The position numbers and the translations under genes are program-made. From assembly GCA_016748015.1 (NCBI GenBank), contig JAAOMT010000494.1, positions 984,190 to 1,048,189 of the forward strand: DNA of 64,000 bases, written 5' to 3'. Below the pieces are notes generated by a model. That model made no database searches, was not told where the DNA came from, and saw nothing but the letters and a program-made list of their open reading frames with translations. Source of the stretch: Geosiphon pyriformis uo1 (Eukaryota > Fungi > Glomeromycota). Shown piece after piece: positions 13,050 through 24,610 of the stretch. Numbering within the stretch: the first letter of the stretch is position 1; each line of letters opens with the position of its first letter.

Positions 13050-16000
13050 TTTAATATAACAATATATTTAATATCTAATATAATATACTTTAAAATATTC
13101 AATATAGTGTTTAAATTATTTGTGTTTATAATTAAATAAAAATTGTTCAAATAATTTAAAATTTTATTATGTAAAAACATATTAAATTAAATTTATTTAT
13201 TAAATCCAATATTATTAACTTTAATTTTTTTTTTAAATAGCTTGTTATATATGACATTAATTAAAAATTTAATAAGCTATCTAAATTCAAAAAAAAATAA
13301 TAATTGAATAGTTAATATTAAAGTAATTATTTATATTATAAACAGATTAATTTTTAATAAATAAGCTTAAAAAACTAATAAACAAAAAGTTAATTGTTCT
13401 TTTTATTTTTTTAGAATTAAATTACATTAAAATTTTTTATTTAAATTTATTTTTATTAAAGTTTTATTTAGTATTATAAATATGTTATTATTAATAACTT
13501 GAATAATTAAAGTATTAATTTTATTAATTTGTTTTAATTTTATTTTAATATTAATACAGTTCTAAAATCATAATTGAAAATTTGTCTTTAAACAAAAAAT
13601 AAATTGACAAAATTAACTAAACATCTTAAAAATTTTAAAAATATGTTTAATTAAATTAGTATTTGCTATTACAATAATACTTAAATCTAAAATATTTGTA
13701 TTTAAATTAAAAGTAAGTATTTAAATTTTATTAAATTTTTTTATAATTTAAAATTTGACACAGTTTTTAACTTAATCTTAATAATTATTAAAATTGTATT
13801 ATTTAAGTCTTTATACTATTTTATTATTTCAAATTATTTTACAAAATTATTTATTTTTTTTATATTATATATAATAATTTATTAAATTAAACTTATTAAA
13901 TAAATATATACTTATATTACTCTTAAAAATTATTATAAAAATAACAATTTGAAAAAAGATAACAAAAAAAAACAAAGTATTTAACTTTTTAAAAATTAAT
14001 ATAATCTGATCAAAAAAAATTTAATTTTTTTTCTAATTTGTTTAGTCTTGAAATTACAATTAAAAAAATCATATTAAGAAAAATATTAGTAAAAATAAAA
14101 TTAGATTATAATTTATATTAAGAACTTAATTGAAAAAAACTACTTGAATCTAAAATTTATTATTAAAAACAACAAAATAAAAAATAAAAACTAACAAAAC
14201 AAAAATAATTTTTCTTAAAAACATTTATTTAAAAAAATTTTTTTATAATTTTTATAAAAAATCAAATTTAATTTAATCTAATATAAATAAATATTATCAA
14301 AAACAAAAATAATATAATAAATTTAATTTAAAGTCTTTTTAAAATTAAAATACATAGTTGTATAAATAATTTTTATACCAATAATAAATAAATAATTAAT
14401 AATATAAGTTTTTTTATCAGTTTTTTTTAAAAGTGTTTTAAAGTTATATATATTAATATTTATGAACAAAACAAATAATAAAGCTTTAAAATAAATTTTA
14501 AATAACCAAGTTATTTAATTATTATTAGCTTTAATAATGTAAACAAAATTTTTTTCAATCAAAAATAATTAATTAAATGCTAATAGAATAGTTTAATTTA
14601 ATTTGACAAATTTTATTATAGTTTTTTATTATAGTTTAATAAATTATAATTAAATTAAAATTGCTATTTTAAATCTAGATAAAACTTAAAATAATTACTT
14701 TTTTGATGTATTTGTGAAAATATTTTTGATTATTATAATCTAATTTAAACAAATTTTTTGTTTATTAAAATTATAGTTTACTTAAAACTTTTTTTATTAT
14801 CTAATATTATAATTTAGTTTATATTTTCTTTAAAAATAAATATTAATTTAATGATTTTTTTAAATTTTGAAAAAAATAATAGTTTTTTTAAAATTATTGA
14901 TAAAAAAAAACAATTTTTAAATAATCAAAACTTTAATTATAATACTTTTTATTATTATTAACAGATTAATATACAATACATAAAATTTTTTAACAAAATT
15001 TTTTATTTTTTTTAATAATTTTTAGATTAATCCAAATTTTATCTAAAACAATAAAATAGTAAAGAAAAAGAAACAAAATCTTTTTATTTAAAAATACAAA
15101 AAAGAAAAAGTTTAAAATATTTATAATTCCAAAAAAAAAATTATTTTTTATTTTAATTAATAAATCTAAAAGTTTTGCAAATTTAAATATTTTTTTAATT
15201 TAATTTTTTGTATAAAAAACAGAAATTTGATTATTGTTTTAAATAATTATATATTTAATTTATTTTGTTTTTTTTAACAATTTTTTTTTGATTTTTTTTG
15301 ATTTATCTAATAAGTTATCAAATTTCAGTAAAATTAATTTTATGTTTATAATGTATATTTTTTTATTAAACTATTTGTAATATTATATTTAATGCTATTT
15401 TTTTAATAAGTTAAATAACAATAAAAAAAATACAGAAAAAATATATAAAAAATAAGAATTAATATTTTGTTAATATTTAGAATTAAAAATTATTAATGAT
15501 TAAATTATGTTTTTGGTATTTATTAATAAATAAGTTTTAATTAAAAATAAAAACAGGGTTTAATTTTTTAATTGTTTAATTATTAAATAATTTTTTTTGT
15601 TAAATAATAATATTTATACATATATATTTTTTAATATAAAATGTTTTATAATAATTTGTAATTAATTTTAATATTTTTTATTATTTTAAGATATTCTTAT
15701 TATTTTAATATTTTTAATATTTTTAATATTTTTTGGGTATTTTGATATATTTTAATATTTTTATTAATATATTATTTATAATGATAATATATAAAATTAT
15801 AAAAAAACAAATTTAAAAATTCAAATAAAAATCTTAAAATTATATATTAAATGTTTTAAAAGTTATAATTATTTTTGAAAAAACTAAAATTTTTGTACAA
15901 AAATTTGGTTTTTTTAAGTTAAAACTTATATTAACAAAAAATCATTTTAAAATTAAAAATCATAATTTTTATTAATTATTATATATATTAATCAATTTTT

Positions 16001-17150
16001 TATTTTTTTTATTGTTTGTCTTTTTTTTTATTTTTTATTTTTAAACATTTAATATTATTTATAATACAAATTACTTATTAATTTTTACATATTTTTATTC
16101 TTAATTTATGTTTTTTATAATTTATTAAATAAAATAATAATTAAAAAACACAATAATATTTGTTATTAATTTCAAAATTATTAAGTAAAATATAAAATAA
16201 TAACAGTAGTATTATCTTATTTACAATTGTAAACTATTTTTTTACTTTTAAATTTTTTTTTAAAAAGAATACAAATATAATTTTGAAACTAATTATGTAT
16301 ATTGTATTTTTATTAATTAAATTTATTTTTTTAATTTAATTTTTTTTTACTTATATTTTATTATTTTTAATAATTTTTTTTTGTTATTTGTTAAAATATA
16401 TTTTAATTTATAATAATATAATAATAAAATAATAATTATTTATAAATCTATATTATTTTTAGCTTTTTTAATTTTTTAATAATAATAATAATAATAAATA
16501 TATGCTTTTTGACTTAGTATTATTTCTAATTATAGTTTTTAATTTGTTTAAAATACTGGTTTTATAATTTAAATTATTTAAAAAAAAATTGAATTTTTAT
16601 TTACAAATTAATAACTAAATTAAATAATTTTTTAAAAATATTTAAGCTATAAAATTAATTATTGTTAAAATAATTAAACAATTTTTTGCATTTTAAATTA
16701 GTAAAAAATAATTAATACTTAAAAAAAAAGTTATTAATTGTTAAAATTTAATCTAATTTAATTTTATTATAATTAATAATTTTTTTAGTTAATTTTATAA
16801 TTTTGATTATTAAGTTTTATTATATAGTACAATAAATAATTATGTAAGTTGTAGTTAATTACATTTTATTATTATAAATGTTAACTATATATCAATTAAG
16901 CATTGTATAATTTGGTGAGAATTTTTTATTTAAATTAATATATTTGCAAATATTGTTCATTAATAAATTTAACAAAATTATTTTTTTAAAAAAAGTATTT
17001 ATAATTTATGAACTTAAATAATATTCAAAATTGGCAATTTTTATATAAATTTGTATACTTTAATAAAGATTTATTACAAATTCAAAATAACAGTCATAAA
17101 ATTTGATTTATTTAAATCAATGATAAACTGGTTTTTTCAAATTTTTAATT
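13050..17150. other. Extreme AT-rich desert, probably ancient mutated TE debris
   Basis: No ORF of 60 aa or more, G and C rare, essentially no CpG. Similar deserts at 1-470, 5780-6220, 21680-25640 and 45870-47310, some of which still contain recognisable TE relics. Confidence 0.6.
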
Positions 17151-17446
17151 GTTTTTTTGATGTTTTTTCATCCTATCTCAGTTTGAGAAAAGAAATTTTA
17201 TTTCCCTATCCTTAATACTTGAGTTTGTGAAAAATCCAACTACGATATATAAATTAATTCGATCGGAATTAGTATCACATCCAATAAACACACAGGTTTT
17301 TGATCCTGCAGGGATTTATTTTTTCCATGGACCCTTGTCAATTAATAATTTTAATCAATTTCTTACAACATTTAAAAATCATCAGCAGGGGCAAGAAATA
17401 CGCGATAATCACATAATTTCTTTTCTTTCAACTTCTGCTTTTTAAA

Positions 17447-18007
17447 ATGTTAAAAAACTTATTCGTCAAAACTGTTGAAAATCCTTTTTTCATTCCCCGG
17501 AAGATGCCCTTAAAGAAAGCGTCTTTAGTAATGCTCCATAATCGTCAGTCACCCATTTCAAGATTAGCTCACAAGGAACTAACTGAATTCATGGGTCCCA
17601 AACAAAAATGTCAATATTTGATTTATACTTTGGATCACAAGACTGGCTTTTCCCCTTTAAGGATTTGTGACATTGCGTTAATTACAAAATATCTGTGTGA
17701 TAGTGGGGAGGATTTGAAAAAATTATTAAAGCCTTTTACGGGTAGCGAGAAAGAACGGGAAAGACTGGAATACATAGGAATTGATTCGCAGAAACGTTCT
17801 GAAGCTTTTTGGCAGTTTTTATTATCGGTTTGCCTTGACCCCACAAGGTTACAACGCCCAATCATTGTTGATTTTTTGAAAGGAAAAGCGATTCTTGCTC
17901 GACCCGCTTCGAAAGTCGTTCCCTTTTTAAAAGGGTTAGGATATACAGAAGAATTTAAACATTCAGATGCTTCACAAACTAGAATTTTAAATCGTGAACG
18001 GCTTTAA
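17447..18007 (+). CDS. ArsC/Fmp46-like thioredoxin-fold protein, paralog lacking the catalytic Cys (186 aa)
   Basis: Intact intronless ORF with normal CpG content. LHNRQSPISR N-terminal motif and PTRLQRPIIVDFLKGKAILARP C-terminal motif align with the 19590 ORF and with ArsC-family RPIV..RP motifs. Confidence 0.8.
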   Translation: MLKNLFVKTVENPFFIPRKMPLKKASLVMLHNRQSPISRLAHKELTEFMGPKQKCQYLIYTLDHKTGFSPLRICDIALITKYLCDSGEDLKKLLKPFTGSEKERERLEYIGIDSQKRSEAFWQFLLSVCLDPTRLQRPIIVDFLKGKAILARPASKVVPFLKGLGYTEEFKHSDASQTRILNRERL

Positions 18008-19589
18008 CCGACTTTACAACAGGTAAATTTTTCGGTAAGATCAATGAACAATGAATTTTTTATTGAATTAAAATATATTTATAATCATTTTGAAATTGTG
18101 GTTTTGTCTAAATTTTCAACAAACAGATTCATATATCATTCAAATTGAAGAAATGTAATTTTAAGTACGGAATATATCCTTAATACTATTTTAATAAAGT
18201 AACTGCGAAAATATCTTTATATATTACTTTATTTCCTTTCAAACCTCAGACATCTTTGTCTCAATAGGGAAATCAAAAATCAGAGCTTTTATAGGGTAAT
18301 TTTTATTAGAAGCGCAATTTTCTTTTTTTTTTAGTAAAGATTTATTGAAAATGGCCAAAATACTTTTGAAATCCTAAATAAATTTTTTGTTTCCTTTCCA
18401 CCCTTAGGATGTTAACTAACAAAGATTAAGCATAAATTTTGTTCTTGGGTAAATTAGTCATTTTTTTAGAAAGTCTTTCTAAAAAAATTTGAAGTTGAGT
18501 ATAATCAATCTATCAATCTATCTTCAAATGCATAAATTTTTTTCATGATTAAATTATCGTCCAAAACACTTTTGGTTTTTGAATACCAAGACTATAATTA
18601 AAATTAAGAGCATCATAATTATTGAAATTTTACAGTTAAAAGAACCTCTTGTTTCATCTTACCACTTTTTACCCGCGAAAGAGAAGATTATTATAGTTGA
18701 TGATGAGATGAAATAGATAGTATCACTTTTCTCTAAAAGTTTGATTAAATAATATGAAAAATCTAGCATCTCGTTTAGAATCAAATTTTAAATTATATTT
18801 TTATAAAGTTTCTCTTAAATTCAACCGATATATTTTGTTAATTATTTTCTAATTTCTAGATGCTGATATGGGTCATCATAATATTTTCAATTAAGGATTA
18901 AAATTTTTCAAACTTACCCTTGAATTTCGAAGGAAGAGCATTTGACGAAGGTAATTAAAAATAGTTCAAATATTTTCAATCGATGGATGGTATCGAATTT
19001 CAATAGAATATCAAATAGGAAGCGAAAATTCCAACAATATTCTAAAAGAATATACTGTTCACGTCATTTTATATTTTTATTCTAAAGATGTTTCGAATAA
19101 AATTTCATTTGAAAATGTTTCTTATTCAAAATGCTCTTTGGGAATTTCGACAATAAAATTCAACGGGTGAAAGTTTTCAAGTTGCCTCTAATTAACAAAA
19201 GAAGGAATGTTTATGGGTAAATGTTAGATTTTGATTTTAAAAAAAAATACACCTTTATATGAAATCTGAAGGATAGAATAAGTATAGAGCAAAGAATCCC
19301 AATCAAAATTTTATATTCTTCGATTGATTTATTTTAAAAGGTTTCAGATTGTTTTTTAATTACATGAACCAAATCTTCCATTACTTTTGATTGGCATATG
19401 ATTACAAGAATGCGTAATTAAGTGATACACATTGATTTCCTTATCATTTTTTGCCTATCAGCTTTTTGTTTATTTGAATCATGATCTGATAAACAACTTA
19501 TAGCTTGCGAACAAATACAAAATTTTAACAGTTAGTTAACAAAGGAGCTTTTTCTCACACACTTTATATCGCTAAAAAAATTGTGAAGA

Positions 19590-20051
19590 ATGTCGTTTCG
19601 CATGCCACGATTGATTCCAATTATCAGTATATTACATAACTCTCGATGTTTAACATCTAATCAAGCACTTCAACTTCTCCAATCTGCTCGCGGTAAAGCC
19701 AAGGATCGTTTCAATATCGACATTATTGATGATCAAAAGCAGCCGGTAACTCAAGATCAAATTTCTATAATTTTGGAAAACCTTGGAATTGGCAAAGATT
19801 TCGGCAAGTTACTGAGGCTTGATGAAGGAAAAGTTTCAAAATTTGAAGACAAGATTGAGACTGATCAAAATGAGGGGGAAATTTTTGTTAAAAACCCACG
19901 AACGGAGGAAGAGTTTTTTCAATTAGTGGAAAAGAATCCAATGAAACTACAGCGTCCAATTGTAGTCGATTGGGACAAAGGAAAAGCTATAATTGCTCGA
20001 CCACCTGAAAAAGTAAATGAATTCCTTAAGGAGTTGGGATATTTAAAATAA
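19590..20051 (+). CDS. ArsC-family (glutaredoxin-type arsenate reductase-like)/Fmp46-like redox protein (153 aa)
   Basis: HNSRCLTS resembles E. coli R773 ArsC HNPACGTS; LLR, LQRPIVV and ARPPE are also present. VVDWDKG and a short basic N-terminus resemble fungal mitochondrial Fmp46/DUF1687 proteins. Confidence 0.85.
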   Translation: MSFRMPRLIPIISILHNSRCLTSNQALQLLQSARGKAKDRFNIDIIDDQKQPVTQDQISIILENLGIGKDFGKLLRLDEGKVSKFEDKIETDQNEGEIFVKNPRTEEEFFQLVEKNPMKLQRPIVVDWDKGKAIIARPPEKVNEFLKELGYLK

Positions 20052-20462
20052 GTTTTAATATTTAAAATTTTAGTTTTTTATTTCAAAGAAATTTATACGT
20101 CATCATATTTTTTTCTTTCAAAGTAGAGTATGAAAGATTTATTCCAAGATTTTTATCATAATATGGAGTTTAATCTTTTTAAGATATGGTAGTTTGAAAA
20201 TTTTTATTTCATTTGAATTCGCATCTTTGATGATTCATGTCGTCAATATTGATGTAAAATTTTATCTAAAGCATCATGAGTGATTCAAAATGGAAAAGGG
20301 AATCAAACTTTATTTTGATAAATATTTCACTAAGAAAGCACTGTTTTAATAATAAAAATGTTAGCTGCAACTTCTATAAAAAGAATTTTAAAAAGCGAAA
20401 TAAAAAAATAAAAAAAACTTGGGTTTCTATTAAAATACATTTTCTTCTGCAGTTTTTTAAAA

Positions 20463-20873
20463 ATGTCGCTACAAAAAACCAAAAAAATTTCTCAAATTCT
20501 TTTCTTAATTTCCATTTTTTTCATTCTGTTTGCTACGAGTATTTATGCTGAAGCACCTTCCCCTACTCCAACACAATCGCGCAACAGCTTACCTAATATT
20601 GCAACTAAAACAAGCTCGATTGTATCTCAAAAGCCACTCACTCCAACTCCTGGTGCTAATGGAATCGTACCACATACAAATGATTTTAATTCCTTACCTG
20701 GTAATCCTAATCCTGCGAACGTGACTATCGTGAAAGCAACAACAATTAGGAAATATATTGAGCCGACTATTGAGATTAATCGTCAACAATCCGATACAAA
20801 TAAAATTATTTTTGAAAAGTCTTGTTCGGTCACTGGAATTCTAGTAACTATTTTCGCCATTTTTATGTTATGA
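20463..20873 (+). CDS. Small secreted Ser/Thr/Pro-rich protein, probable GPI anchor (136 aa)
   Basis: Basic N-region plus hydrophobic core (ILFLISIFFILF) plus SIYA-EA cleavage site. The body is S/T/P-rich with an NVT sequon and ends in a hydrophobic tail (VTGILVTIFAIFML). CpGs are retained. Confidence 0.75.
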   Translation: MSLQKTKKISQILFLISIFFILFATSIYAEAPSPTPTQSRNSLPNIATKTSSIVSQKPLTPTPGANGIVPHTNDFNSLPGNPNPANVTIVKATTIRKYIEPTIEINRQQSDTNKIIFEKSCSVTGILVTIFAIFML

Positions 20874-21951
20874 GCAAAACAACAACCAGCGATGAGGAAA
20901 TTTAAAATATCTTGACTTACAATAAAAGTAAAAAAAAAAAAGTTGAGATCATGACAGAAAGAACTAAATAAATACAGCCTCATTTATTTTTGATTCAATA
21001 AAAAAACTCAAAGGTTCAAAAACTTGGCTAATTTTTCGATCAGTAAAACAAATCTGAATACATGAAAATTTTGGAAATCAAAACTATTAAAAAAGTGCTC
21101 CACATCCCAAAAGTGAATAATACCTAATTCAGAATCAGTAATTTTTAGAGGATTAAAACTCTAGAAATTTTTCCAGAATAACTTTTTGAAAGGAACATCC
21201 GGATTTTTTCATAGTTAATTTTTTAAGTAAACATAAATGTTTTTTAAACTTTTTTCTTTCACATAAAATAACTATTCATCATTAAAATGTTACAAAAGAA
21301 GTTGGAAAGAGGATTCACTGATATAGTTTTTTATACAAATTGGTCTTTCAATAAAAACATTTTGGAAGCAGACTTATACTCCTTACTTTGAAAATAAAAA
21401 ACCCATGTGATTTATTTTTGTGTAACTTTGGCTCAAAAAATATTTAATTAAAGTGGCAATGTTTCAAAATTTCAAATCCAATAATGAAAATAAAATTAAC
21501 AATAATATGCTCTATGTTTCAAAAGTCTTTAATCTTGCTCATTCAATTGCAATCAGACTACAAAATAAAAAAGGTAAAAAATATTGGATCAATTCAGTCT
21601 GATTGGGTTTGGATTGAAAATTAATATGACATGAATTTGACTCCTCGCAAAGTTGGGAGCATTGCATAATCTATAAATTTGAATTATTATAATACAAAAA
21701 ATGTTTTTTATTTATTTAAAGTAAAATAATTTTTTAAAATCAAAATAAATAAAAATATTTATTCTCAAATAATTAAAAAATATTTTAACAACCAAAATAA
21801 ATATTAAAATTTAACAATATTTTTTTAATAAAATTTTCAATTATGTTAAAAAATAAAGAATTCAATGTATATATATTTTTCTGCTAAGATTTACATGTTT
21901 TTTATATTATATTATTTGACCAAATTTAAATTTTATTATTATTATTATTGC

Positions 21952-21991
<40 letters not shown>
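21952..21991. repeat. (TGT)n microsatellite, ~13 units, adjoining (TAT)n
   Basis: Directly visible. Confidence 0.95.
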
Positions 21992-21992
<1 letters not shown>

Positions 21993-22499
21993 TTGTTATT
22001 TTTATTTTTAGCCATTATAATTATCTTATTAGATAAATTATAATAAAATTTTAGCAAATTGCTATTAATAATAATTTAAAATAATAAATTTGTAAATGTT
22101 TATATAAATATGCTAATGATACTTAAATTTATCAAAATCGATTACAAAATCATATAAAAAACAAATTTTATTTTTGCCCGAATTTTTATTGTTTATAAAG
22201 ACTATAAATTTGTGAAAAAAATATAATAACAGTTTAAATAATAATTATAAAATTATTAATTAATTAAAATAACGAAATTTACAAAAGCTATTAATATTAA
22301 ATAATAATTTAACAAATACAATAATTTTTGTATTTATTAATATATACAATAAAAAAATAAAGTTTTATTAAAAATTTTATTAATAAAATAACGAAATTAA
22401 TAAGCAATTTCCAATATTATACCAATAATTAAATTAAAAAAAAATGTTCTTAAAATAAAATTGAAAAATGTTTTGAAACTTAAATAAATACTTTTGAAT

Positions 22500-23690
22500 T
22501 CAAACTAATTTAATTCCAAAAGAATGCAAAAGAAAACAAAAGTTGATTTTGCTTTAGATTCCAATAAAGCTTTTTTTTTACTATTAAAATAGATAATCAA
22601 CCAAAAATTAAATTTTTCTAAATTTTTCTAAATTTAAGACTTCCAAAAATCTGGCCTTTATTTTATTATTAAGAATTTTATAAAAATCTCAGCACACATT
22701 ATTTTTGGCTAATTAATAACACACTTTAATTCAAAAAAACTTGTATAAATTATTGATTTCAAAGAAAAAATTCTAAAACCAATGAGTATTTTTGTCAAGT
22801 TAGATTTATTAACAACAACAATATTATTTTACTAATTTGCAAGGCTCAAATAGTTGGTTATTTCATTAATTTGATTCTGAGCAATAAATTATTAATTAGT
22901 ATTATAACAAAACACTTTTTTAAAACTATTGATAAAAAAACAAATTAACTTTTAACTTAAGTTATAATCAATATACATCATAATAAAAAAAATCTTGGTA
23001 TAACCAAAGCAATTCTTATATACATTAATAAAATTTGTATTAAAATTAATATAAAAATATTATTATTAACAATGAAAAAAATCAAAAACAAAAGTAAAAA
23101 AAATTTGTTAAATTTATTGCTATTATTTTTACTATCAATAGCAAACTTTTGAACAATATTAATACTAATAATTATAATAAATAACAAACTAATTTACTGG
23201 CTTTTATTATAATATTTTACAACAAATATTCAATAAAAAACCTAACAAAAACTAAATACAACTATTAATAATATGGTTTTTATATCTAATATTAGTATAT
23301 TAAATTCTTGTAACGAATACATGTTTTGCTAGTCTATTACAAAATTAAAAACTTATTAGTTTAATACTTTTTAATAAAATAAAAAAATGCAAAAATTTTT
23401 TGAAAATAAATTTTTAAAAATATAATTATAAAAAAAATAATTAATATTAAAAATTTGCTAATTAGTAATTTCAAAAAATAGTAATTTTTTTGGACAAATT
23501 AATCTAATTAAATATTTTAAAACCATAAAAAAAAATCTTATTTATTTAAAACCATATTAATTTAATTATTGTAATAATAAATTTATTAAAAAAACCAAGA
23601 ATAATTAAGTTTTTTCAATAATAATAGTTTTCAAAAAAAATAAAACCTTGTATTTTTATATTAATTATTATAAATTAAATATTATTACTA
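22500..23690 (+). mobile_element. Highly decayed relic of Gypsy family A pol (spacer-protease-RT start), + strand
   Basis: aaagttgattttgctttagattccaataaagc corresponds to KVDFVLDLNKA; tcagcacacattatttttggctaatta to PAHITFGQL; ctaatttgcaaggctcaa to LICKAQ. Colinear with the reverse complement of 33200-34620. Confidence 0.75.
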
Positions 23691-23949
23691 TTAAAAATAT
23701 CTTAAACAAATTTAAAGATACTGCTAAATTTTGTTTATTAAAAATAAATCTTAAAGTTATTATAAAATTGTTTTTATTATCAAGTATAATATAAATTTAT
23801 ACTTATGTCTTTTAAATTAACAAATATTTTTTTATTTTTTAATAATTAATAGAGAAAATAATTAAACCAATTATTTTAATTATTACAAAAAAATTTTAAT
23901 TTTATATAATAAAAAATTAAAAAAAAACTTTAACTAATAAGCAAATTAA

Positions 23950-24040
23950 TTTACAAAAATTTAATATATAAAATTAGTTTTATAAATATTTAGTTGTTAT
24001 TTTTTTCAAAAAATTTAAAAGTAAATAAATAATTTATATT
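23950..24040 (-). repeat. Relic fragment of family A LTR (U5 region)
   Basis: Matches 25445-25530 and the family A LTR segment around tcagtctcataaaatatctcagttgct after C>T/G>A decay. Confidence 0.45.
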
Positions 24041-24369
24041 TTATGATTAAAACTTTAAATTTTTAATTATATATATTAGTTACTAATAGTATATATATTA
24101 ATTACTTTAATTTTAAAATAAATTATTAATATTATTACTGATATAATTATTAATATCTTTTTTAAAGTATTTAAATAAAACTCTCCAAAACTATAAAAAA
24201 ATATTTATATTTAAATTATTTATTTTTAACAAAAATTATTATAATAATATCAGTTTTTTTGTTTTTTTTTACTAATTTTTTTTTAATTTGTATATTGTTA
24301 ACTTTTTTAAAGTATATTAAATAAACTTTTTGAAAAGAATAATAATTAAGATATTTATAAAATTAATTT

Positions 24370-24610
24370 TGTTATTATTTAAATAAAAAAACCAATCAAT
24401 TATAAAAAATATATAATCAATATGTAATAATAGAAAATAATACAAAATAACATAAATAATATAAAATAATTAATAATAATACACAATAATTCACAATAAT
24501 TAAAAATAATATAAAATAATACAAAATAACATAAAATAATCTAAAATAATATAGAATAATAAATTATAAATAAATAATAACAAAATAACATAATAAATAA
24601 TAAAAAATAA
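24370..24610 (+). repeat. Relic family B LTR U3 end with 10-bp tandem array, + orientation
   Basis: tgttatta..aaaaaaaccaatc followed by ~15 ten-base units (aaaataatac-like) is the reverse complement of 38130-38299 and 52660-52885. Confidence 0.6.

Noticed and set aside
13050-17150. Organellar or endosymbiont insertion suggested by extreme AT content
   Set aside because: No ORFs, rRNA or tRNA features; comparable deserts nearby contain TE relics, so mutational decay is the simpler explanation.
17227-17445. 72-aa ORF upstream of the first ArsC-like gene
   Set aside because: GTG start in a eukaryotic context and no motif; likely promoter/5' UTR.
20276-20983. Overlapping ORFs 20276-20551, 20530-20724, 20783-20983
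   Set aside because: Alternative-frame or antisense shadows of the 20463 gene.
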